Part shown: piece by piece, positions 56,564 to 64,000 of the stretch
Numbering within the stretch: the stretch's first letter is position 1
Layout of the letters: each line of letters opens with the position of its first letter
DNA from: Ignavibacteriota bacterium
Lineage (GTDB): Bacteria > Bacteroidota > Ignavibacteria > UBA10030
Reading direction: 5' to 3'
Assembly: GCA_963701295.1 (NCBI GenBank)
Contig: OY969585.1
Span: forward strand, 960,827 to 1,024,826
Length of the DNA: 64,000 bases
Position numbers and translations under genes: made by a program
The notes under the pieces: generated by a model
Told to the model about the DNA's origin: nothing
Databases searched by the model: none
Seen by the model: the letters and a program-made list of their open reading frames with translations, nothing else

Positions 56564-58156
56564 ATGCATGAATCTTTAAAAAGGATCCGTGGAATTTCTT
56601 TTTTTCCCCGACAATACATTAACTCCTCTTCTGTTTTTCTCGCAATTCTTACAATTGTTCTAGGATTCGTAATTGTATTGTCATTTCAATGGCGCATGGT
56701 TCATGATTCTCCGATTATGTTCTACTTAGCTTATTTAATCGATCATTTCGGTTTTGTTCCTTATCGAGACGTTTTTGATATGAATATGCCGGGCACTTAT
56801 TTTATTTACATCATCATCGAAAGGGTTTTTGGATACGGAGACTTTGGATTTAGAATTGCGGATATTACTATTCTCTTATTTATTTTTCTTATGACTTGGC
56901 TTACCATGAAAGAATTTGGACACAAGGTTGCATGGGCAAGCTGTGTGCTCTTTGGCTCTTTATATTTAAGTGCTGGAAGTAATGGAAGCCTGCAGCGAGA
57001 TTATTTTGTGGTGTTTTTTTTAAGCGCAGCATTGTTCGTATTGTTCACATTTCCCAATATGAGAGTTTCAGTAAGATCTGTTTTTATTGGCCTTATTGGA
57101 GGATTTTCTTTGCTGGTAAAGCCGCAATCTTTTTTCGTATTTCCATTATTTATCATCTATTTATTCGTGTACACTAACACCGAAAATGAACGCCGTGGAA
57201 GATTCCAGACAATTGTAATTCCATCTTTGATCGGTGTGTTTCTTCCACTCTTTCTAACTGTATGGTATCTCTATTATCGCGACGGTCTTAATAATTTCAT
57301 TGAAATTATAGAAAATTATTGGCCGCTTTACTCGTCATTGAATTATCAACATCAAATTATTCTCAGTGGACAGAGTCGTCTCGAATATCTTTTTCTCAGA
57401 ACTGCACTTATGGGTGGTCGCACATTTTGGATCCTTCCTGCATTTTATGGAATGGTTATTTCGCTGTTGTTTTCACATATTAATAACAAACAAAAACAGA
57501 AAGTTATTTTACTTTCGTGCGTGACTTTAGTTTTCCTTTTTTACCCAACAAGCACAGGTCAATTCTGGCCGTACCATTGGTTTCCTTTTTTATATGCAAT
57601 CTCTCTATTGGGAGCTCTTTGTTTCATTAACCGTAGTCAAAAAGAGCGTTCTTTAAAACAGTTCCTACCAATTGTAATTTTTGGCTGTGCGCTATATTTT
57701 TCTCCCCTCTTTTCGGGGGAATTTAGAAATCAAATAAAGGGAGTCCCGTTGGAACCTCCAAAAGGAGGAAAAGTAGATGAGATTGCCGGGTTCTTGATAA
57801 ATAACATGGGACCTGAAGATACGGTTCAACCATTAGATTGGACGGGTGGGGCTATTCATGCCATGCTTATTGCGAAAGCAAAAATAGCGACTCCTTTCAT
57901 TTACGATTTTCATTTTTATCATCATATTTCTAATCCGTATATACATAAGCTTCGCGAAAGGTTTATTTCTTCCTTACATTCTTCCTGGCCGAGATATATC
58001 ATAGCAATCATTGAAAATAAACCGTGGGTTTCCGGACCCAATACCACACAAGATTTTAAAGAACTGTTCTATTTCCTTAAAAATAATTACAATATTGTAG
58101 TTCAGGGAAAAGGATATTACATCATGGAGCGTTCTCAGCAAAATAAAGCTGGGTAG
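56564..58156 (+). CDS. GT-C type membrane glycosyltransferase (ArnT/PMT family 39/83-like)
   Basis: About 530 aa and polytopic, with an N-terminal loop HDSPIMFYLAYL. Start chosen at MHESLKR, after the DUF1634 gene. Confidence 0.5.
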   Translation: MHESLKRIRGISFFPRQYINSSSVFLAILTIVLGFVIVLSFQWRMVHDSPIMFYLAYLIDHFGFVPYRDVFDMNMPGTYFIYIIIERVFGYGDFGFRIADITILLFIFLMTWLTMKEFGHKVAWASCVLFGSLYLSAGSNGSLQRDYFVVFFLSAALFVLFTFPNMRVSVRSVFIGLIGGFSLLVKPQSFFVFPLFIIYLFVYTNTENERRGRFQTIVIPSLIGVFLPLFLTVWYLYYRDGLNNFIEIIENYWPLYSSLNYQHQIILSGQSRLEYLFLRTALMGGRTFWILPAFYGMVISLLFSHINNKQKQKVILLSCVTLVFLFYPTSTGQFWPYHWFPFLYAISLLGALCFINRSQKERSLKQFLPIVIFGCALYFSPLFSGEFRNQIKGVPLEPPKGGKVDEIAGFLINNMGPEDTVQPLDWTGGAIHAMLIAKAKIATPFIYDFHFYHHISNPYIHKLRERFISSLHSSWPRYIIAIIENKPWVSGPNTTQDFKELFYFLKNNYNIVVQGKGYYIMERSQQNKAG

Positions 58157-58222
58157 TAAATGACAAAAACATTCTCTTTTGCATTGTTGAAGAGATAATA
58201 TTATTATTAAAGGATAATAAAA

Positions 58223-59038
58223 ATGGTGTTTACTAACCATCTTAAAGAAATTCAAACCAAACAAAACTCACTTCTCTGCATTGGTCTTGATGTTGATACA
58301 GATAAAATTCCACCACATCTGCAATCATCATCGAATCCAGTTCTAGAATTTAATCGGCAAATCATTGAAGCAACATATGATCTTGCCTGTGCTTACAAGC
58401 CGAACCTTGCATTTTACGAAGCAATGGGCGAACGCGGTTTGAGCACGTTACGGGAAACATTGAAGCTCATTCCCAAATCTGTTCTCACCATTGGAGATGG
58501 CAAGCGAGGCGATATCGGCAACACGGCTGAGCGGTACGCAAAATCGTTATTTGATGATTTCGGTTTTGATTCGGTTACAGTCAATCCCTATATGGGATTT
58601 GATTCCGTTGAACCATTTCTGAAAAAACCAGAGAAAGGAATCTTCCTGCTTGCCCTGACTTCCAATCCCGGATCAAAAGATTTTCAACGGCTCAAGATAA
58701 ATGGTAAACCATTGTATGAAAAAATAGTGCGGACAGCAAAAAAATGGAACACGAATCAGAACATCGGTCTAGTTGTCGGCGCTACGCACCCACGCGAACT
58801 TAAAATGATCCGCAAAATTGTTCCGGAGATGCCGCTGCTCATTCCCGGTATAGGAAAACAAGGGGGCGATTTGAAATCGGCAGTTCGTGACGGCTGCAAT
58901 AAAAATGGACAGCTTGCTATCATCAATGCAAGCAGAAGTATTATCTATGCATCGTCGGGAAAAGATTTTGCTGAAGCGGCACGAGCGGAAGCGATGAAGA
59001 TGGTGGAAGAAATGAGAACCTATAGAAAGAGTATTTAG
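58223..59038 (+). CDS. pyrF: orotidine 5'-phosphate decarboxylase (type 2)
   Basis: LCIGLDVD. GDGKRGDIGNT. Confidence 0.85.
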   Translation: MVFTNHLKEIQTKQNSLLCIGLDVDTDKIPPHLQSSSNPVLEFNRQIIEATYDLACAYKPNLAFYEAMGERGLSTLRETLKLIPKSVLTIGDGKRGDIGNTAERYAKSLFDDFGFDSVTVNPYMGFDSVEPFLKKPEKGIFLLALTSNPGSKDFQRLKINGKPLYEKIVRTAKKWNTNQNIGLVVGATHPRELKMIRKIVPEMPLLIPGIGKQGGDLKSAVRDGCNKNGQLAIINASRSIIYASSGKDFAEAARAEAMKMVEEMRTYRKSI

Positions 59039-59074
59039 AGACGCGCCAATCATTAACTACAAACGGGAGGAAAT

Positions 59075-60577
59075 ATGAAACGCCGTGCATGGAATATTCA
59101 TGAGCGGTTTCTTCGGCATATTTGGAGCAAGCAGTATTTAAAAACCACTTTACAGACGGCAGACGGAAAAGCTTTGAGAGTGATTAATGTCGGGGAGCTC
59201 AATTCCGATAGTGGCCCGGATTTTCTCAATGCAAAAGTGAGAGTGGAAAACATCACCTATACGGGTAACATCGAAATTCACCGTACGACATTCGATTGGT
59301 TCGAGCATCAGCATCAAGAAGATCCGCGTTATAACAAAGTTGTTCTCCATGTTGTTCTCGAAGCTGGCTATAAAATCCCACCTACACTTGTAAAAAGCGG
59401 ACGGGAAATCCCGGTCCTCGTCCTAGGGAATTTTCTTTCCGAATCCATTCACACCATTTGGCAAAAAGCTATTCTTGATGAACGGGTAAAAAAATCGGGA
59501 ACTCTTCGTTGTTTTAGCAACAATAGTGCGCTCTCAAGCGAACTGATTGATTGCTGGCTCACAAAGCTTGCAGTGGAGCGGCTTGAACTAAAGCTCCGTC
59601 GATTTGAGGAGCGATTGAAGCAGCTTGCTCATGAAAAGCGAATGATCGTGCGAGAACGACAGCGGCCGTATGGTGAGCCGCCGTTGGAAGGTGAACACGA
59701 TGAAATTCCGCCTCCGTTCCCTGAGTTAACACAGAAAGATTTCTCACAAAAAGAACTATGGGAACAAGTGCTCTACGAAGGAGTTATGGAAGGGCTTGGG
59801 TACAGTAAGAATCGTAAACTATTTGTCCATCTTGCTCAAAGCGTCACGTTGAAAATAATTGGAGATTTGGGAGTGGGGAGTGGAGAGGATAGACTTCAGG
59901 CTTTGCTCTTTGGAGTGGCGGGATTGATTCCCAAACTCAATTCTCTCAAAGAGAAGGAATCACGCGATTATATACGACGACTTGCGCGTGAGTGGAAAGT
60001 GCTGCGACCCTCATTTCACTCTGAAATACTTTACCGTGCAGACTGGCAGTTCTTCCCGACCCGGCCATCGAACTTTCCAACTCTCCGAATAGCTGCTGCT
60101 TGTGCACTTATCAACAAGTTCTTCTTTGACGATCTTTTCCGACGCATCATCCAAACAATAAAGACCAGTAGCTCGGAGAGAGAAAAGGAACACGACCTCA
60201 TCCGACTGTTCAGTATAGAGACAAACGATTTCTGGAAACATCATTATAATTTCGATGAAGCGGCGCCAAAGAATGTTACAGCGCTTGGAACCATGCGTAT
60301 CCGCGAGATCATTATTAATGCCGTCCTCCCGGTAACGCTTTTATACGCACGTATCTTCAAAGATATTAGCGTTCGTGAATACGCTCTCCGCGTATACCTA
60401 TCTCTTCCAGCCTCAGAAGATAATTCAATCACTCGGCTAATGGAGAAACAATTGCTGAAAGGGCGACATCCTCAAGATCATGTGAGTCATCAGCAGGCGG
60501 TGATTCAACTCTACAAGTATTATTGTTTGGAAGGGCGGTGTGCTGAGTGCGAGCTTGGGCAGAAACTATTTGTTTGA
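59075..60577 (+). CDS. DUF2851 family protein
   Basis: N-terminus HIWSKQYL...NSDSGPDFLNAKV...EIHRTTFDWFEHQH is typical of DUF2851. Confidence 0.55.
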   Translation: MKRRAWNIHERFLRHIWSKQYLKTTLQTADGKALRVINVGELNSDSGPDFLNAKVRVENITYTGNIEIHRTTFDWFEHQHQEDPRYNKVVLHVVLEAGYKIPPTLVKSGREIPVLVLGNFLSESIHTIWQKAILDERVKKSGTLRCFSNNSALSSELIDCWLTKLAVERLELKLRRFEERLKQLAHEKRMIVRERQRPYGEPPLEGEHDEIPPPFPELTQKDFSQKELWEQVLYEGVMEGLGYSKNRKLFVHLAQSVTLKIIGDLGVGSGEDRLQALLFGVAGLIPKLNSLKEKESRDYIRRLAREWKVLRPSFHSEILYRADWQFFPTRPSNFPTLRIAAACALINKFFFDDLFRRIIQTIKTSSSEREKEHDLIRLFSIETNDFWKHHYNFDEAAPKNVTALGTMRIREIIINAVLPVTLLYARIFKDISVREYALRVYLSLPASEDNSITRLMEKQLLKGRHPQDHVSHQQAVIQLYKYYCLEGRCAECELGQKLFV

Positions 60578-60596
60578 TTGCTTGCAGATGATGAAA

Positions 60597-60636
60597 CAAA
60601 ACCCCGCACTCGAATTCTGAATGCGGGGTTTTTTGT
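60597..60636. terminator. bidirectional intrinsic terminator between convergent genes
   Basis: AAAACCCCGCA-loop-TGCGGGGTTTTTT has an A-run and a T-run flanking a GC stem. Confidence 0.6.
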
Positions 60637-60663
60637 GTTCATCGAAGGGAGAATGAGAACTTC

Positions 60664-62772
60664 TTAGACTCTGAACAACAAATCGGCATATGTCGGCAAA
60701 GGCCAGATATTGGCATCGACCATCGTTTCCAATTTGTCACCATCGACTCGCAGTTTTCCCATAGTCGTAAAGACTACATCGCGATAGTACTCTGCATGCT
60801 TGAGAACGTCGTTGCTGTGACCATCACCGGTCGATGCAGCTTCAAGTGCTTCGATATTTTTACCGAAGGAATCGATCGTTGATATCAATTCCGCTAGTAA
60901 TGTTTCCGCAGTGCTTGATTTAGAAGCAACGGTTTTCAGCGAGGATAAAGTAGCCGCGACTTTTCCGGCATATTCAAGAGAAGCCGGTAAGATTTGACGT
61001 TTTGCAATGTCTAACATAGTCAACACTTCGATGTTGATTGTTTTGATATATCCTTCAAGGAAAATTTCATATCGAGAATGCATTTCAGCTTTACTTAAGA
61101 CGCCATGCTTCTCATACACCTTAACGGCCTTCTCACTAATCAACGAGGGAATGGCTGCAACGGTGGACTTGATATTGGGCAATCCGCGCTTTTCAGCTTC
61201 TTTTACCCAGTCCTCGGTGTAGTTGTTACCGTTGTAGATAATCCGCTTATGTTTCTTCACGATCTCCGTCACAATGCTTTGCGCTTCTGTGTCAACATCT
61301 TTTGCTTTCTCTAAGCGGCTTGCAATACGGGATAAGATTTCTGCAACAATCGTATTCAAAGCGGTATTCGGTTCTGCAATGGATGCCGAGGATCCTACCA
61401 TGCGAAATTCGAATTTATTGCCGGTGAATGCGAACGGCGATGTTCGATTCCGATCCGTGGAATCTTTCGGTAATGCTGGCAGTGTGGTTACTCCGAGCTT
61501 CAGTTCACCGCCGACTTTGGATGATGTAGCTCCGCCGTTTTCGATCTGCTCTAAAATATCAGTCAACTGCTCACCAAGGAAGATTGAAATAATAGCTGGA
61601 GGTGCTTCATTCGCGCCCAATCGATGATCGTTTCCCGGGTTGGCAGTGGAAACGCGGAGCACATCGGCATATTCATCTACTGCCTGAATCACAGCGGCAA
61701 GGAACAGGAGAAATTGTTCGTTGTCGTGAGGTGTATTTCCCGGCTCTAGTAAATTCTGTCCATCGTTCGTGCTCATCGACCAGTTGTTGTGCTTCCCCGA
61801 ACCGTTCACACCGGCGAACGGTTTCTCATGTAACAGGCAGACCAAACCGTAATGACCTGCAATTCTCTTCATTGTTTCCATTACCAACTGATTATGGTCG
61901 GTCGCAATGTTGGTCGTTGTATAAATAGGAGCAAGTTCATGCTGAGCCGGTGCAACTTCGTTATGCTTAGTTTTTGCCAATACACCAAGTTTCCAAAGTT
62001 CTTGATCAACCTCTGCCATGAATTTTGCGATACGTTCTTTTAAGTTTCCAAAATAATGGTCTTCTAACTCCTGTCCTTTCGGCGGTTTTGCGCCAAAGAG
62101 TGTGCGTCCGGTAAGTATAAGGTCCAATCGTTTTTCATATAATTTTTTATCAATGACAAAATATTCCTGCTCCGGTCCAACCGTCGTTGTAACACGGGTC
62201 ACTTTTGTATTTCCTAGTAACCGGAGAATACGAACCGCTTCTTTTGAAAGAGCCTGCATCGATCGGAGAAGAGGTGTTTTCTTGTCGAGCGCCTCGCCGG
62301 TGTACGAACAAAACGCTGTGGGAATACACAGAGTATTGTCTTTGAGAAAAGCTGGAGATGTGCAATCCCATGCAGTGTATCCGCGTGCTTCAAATGTTGA
62401 ACGCAACCCGCCAGACGGGAATGAAGAAGCATCCGGTTCGCCTTTGATCAATTCCTTGCCGGAAAACTCCATAATAATGCGTCCATCGGCAGTCGGAGAA
62501 ATAAAAGAATCATGCTTTTCAGCAGTAATTCCGGTCATCGGCTGAAACCAGTGTGTAAAGTGGGTTGCACCTTTTTCAATTGCCCAGTCTTTCATCGCAT
62601 TGGCAACGATATCAGCTACCGCCGGGTCAAGCGGCAGCCCCTCATCGATGGTCTTTCTCAACATTTTATAGATATTCTTCGGCAGCCGGGTTCTTGTTGT
62701 TGCATCGCTAAAGACACTAGAAGCAAATGTATTTTCCAACGATTCTTGTAACACTAATGTTTCTGTTTCCAT
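60664..62772 (-). CDS. glnN: glutamine synthetase type III
   Basis: 702 aa. The length and overall organisation are typical of GSIII. Confidence 0.8.
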   Translation of the reverse strand: METETLVLQESLENTFASSVFSDATTRTRLPKNIYKMLRKTIDEGLPLDPAVADIVANAMKDWAIEKGATHFTHWFQPMTGITAEKHDSFISPTADGRIIMEFSGKELIKGEPDASSFPSGGLRSTFEARGYTAWDCTSPAFLKDNTLCIPTAFCSYTGEALDKKTPLLRSMQALSKEAVRILRLLGNTKVTRVTTTVGPEQEYFVIDKKLYEKRLDLILTGRTLFGAKPPKGQELEDHYFGNLKERIAKFMAEVDQELWKLGVLAKTKHNEVAPAQHELAPIYTTTNIATDHNQLVMETMKRIAGHYGLVCLLHEKPFAGVNGSGKHNNWSMSTNDGQNLLEPGNTPHDNEQFLLFLAAVIQAVDEYADVLRVSTANPGNDHRLGANEAPPAIISIFLGEQLTDILEQIENGGATSSKVGGELKLGVTTLPALPKDSTDRNRTSPFAFTGNKFEFRMVGSSASIAEPNTALNTIVAEILSRIASRLEKAKDVDTEAQSIVTEIVKKHKRIIYNGNNYTEDWVKEAEKRGLPNIKSTVAAIPSLISEKAVKVYEKHGVLSKAEMHSRYEIFLEGYIKTINIEVLTMLDIAKRQILPASLEYAGKVAATLSSLKTVASKSSTAETLLAELISTIDSFGKNIEALEAASTGDGHSNDVLKHAEYYRDVVFTTMGKLRVDGDKLETMVDANIWPLPTYADLLFRV

Positions 62773-62950
62773 GAATATGATTCTCCTTTAAATGAACATT
62801 ATTTAATCATGTATAAGATAATATAAATTTACTCGCATATTTCCTAAAGTCAATCTAGAATGACTCGAATATTAACATATTGACGGTGGAAATAAAATGG
62901 TTCCACGCTTTAATATCAATTATATCTGATGATTCTTGTTAGAAGAGTGC

Positions 62951-62990
62951 AAAAAAAGCCAATGGCCATAAGATGAATAACTATGGCCAT
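62951..62990 (-). terminator. intrinsic terminator after glnA
   Basis: Minus-strand RNA ATGGCCATA-loop-TATGGCCAT followed by TGGCTTTTTTT. Confidence 0.5.
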
Positions 62991-63027
62991 CGACTTCTTC
63001 AGAAATCTAGGAGGTCAATTAAGAATA

Positions 63028-64000
63028 CTAATTGTCATAATATAGATGAAATTCATACGGATGCGGCCGTAGATGCATTTCATCTAATTCTTTCTCTCTT
63101 TTCCAAGTAATCCAAGCTTCTATAAGATCCTGAGTAAAGACATCACCTTTAGTTAAAAAAGCATTGTCTTTTTCCAATGCAACAATAGCTTCTTCCAGCG
63201 AGCCTGGTGTCTTTGGAGTAGACTTTAGTTCTTCCCGGGTCATTTCATAGATATCTCTATCCAACGGTTTACCAGGATCAATCTTGTTTTGAATTCCATC
63301 CACTGCAGCCATCATTATGGCCGAAAAAGTTAGATATCCGTTGCAACTTGGATCCGGGCAACGGAATTCTACACGTTTTGCTTTTGGACTTGGAGAATAC
63401 ATTGGGATCCTGCATGAAGCTGAACGGTTTCTGGCTGAATAGGCCAGATTGACTGGCGCTTCAAAACCAGGAACAAGCCTACGATAAGAATTTGTCGTCG
63501 GGGCAGCAAAAGCAAGAATGGCCGGCGCATGCTTTAAAATACCCCCGATAGCATTAAGGGCCATTGGACTAAGGCCGGCATAACCGTCTCCCGCAAATAA
63601 AGGTTTGCCTTCCTTCCACAGGGAGAAGTGAGTGTGCATTCCACTTCCATTATCCTGAAAGATCGGTTTGGGCATAAAAGTCACAGTCTTATTATTTTTC
63701 TTTGCTACATTTTTACATATATATTTATACCACATAAGTTGATCGGCCATTTTCAACAAATTGGTAAACTTCATATCAATTTCACTTTGGCCGGCGGTGG
63801 CAACTTCATGATGATGTGCCTCTACGATGATGCCGATCTTTCGCATTTCATAAACCATTTCGCCACGAAGATCATGGAAGGTATCAGTTGGGCTGACTGG
63901 AAAATAGCCGCCCTTGAAACTAGGTTTGTAACCTAAATTTGGTTCTTCAAATCGGGCAGTATTCCAGGCGCCTTCCTGAGAATCAATTTCGTACACCCCA
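63028..64000 (-). CDS. glnA: glutamine synthetase type I, C-terminal part (N-terminus beyond the window)
   Basis: GSI motifs [12 protein letters not shown] and the nucleotide-binding region [13 protein letters not shown]. The ORF is open to the window edge. Confidence 0.85.
   Translation of the reverse strand, partial: GVYEIDSQEGAWNTARFEEPNLGYKPSFKGGYFPVSPTDTFHDLRGEMVYEMRKIGIIVEAHHHEVATAGQSEIDMKFTNLLKMADQLMWYKYICKNVAKKNNKTVTFMPKPIFQDNGSGMHTHFSLWKEGKPLFAGDGYAGLSPMALNAIGGILKHAPAILAFAAPTTNSYRRLVPGFEAPVNLAYSARNRSASCRIPMYSPSPKAKRVEFRCPDPSCNGYLTFSAIMMAAVDGIQNKIDPGKPLDRDIYEMTREELKSTPKTPGSLEEAIVALEKDNAFLTKGDVFTQDLIEAWITWKREKELDEMHLRPHPYEFHLYYDN

Overview
This window is a chromosomal replication-origin region of an FCB-group bacterium, densely packed with housekeeping genes. 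The organism uses Shine-Dalgarno sites (AGGAG-like motifs before dnaN, the 48412 start and the C1 peptidase). It also carries Bacteroidetes/Chlorobi-type marker families (PorV/PorQ-like, HYC_CC_PP, TIGR03545-like), so an Ignavibacteria/Chlorobi-like lineage is a reasonable guess. The minus strand carries pta(partial)/PorV-like/dnaX/lon/DUF2461/murQ/rsmG/mnmG/mnmE/yidC/yidD/rnpA/rpmH. The plus strand then carries dnaA-dnaN-recF-dciA(DUF721)-gyrB-GT2-gyrA. A complete trpEGDCFBA operon lies on the minus strand, preceded by a leader peptide with three consecutive Trp codons and an intrinsic terminator, which looks like a classic attenuator. A low-GC DNA methyltransferase with unusual motif order and a cytoplasmic C1 peptidase sit between the trp operon and rsgA. 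Further along are a TonB receptor/HMA/HYC_CC_PP metal cluster, an MgtE_N-CBS gene translationally coupled to Nramp, TauE/DUF1634, pyrF, DUF2851, and tandem glutamine synthetases III and I. oriC is most likely the AT-rich dnaA-dnaN intergenic region, which has a perfect DnaA box and a 22-bp palindrome; DnaA boxes also lie upstream of dnaA. I found no CRISPR arrays, rRNA, tRNA or IS elements. All functional calls rest on motif recognition by eye, not database searches.
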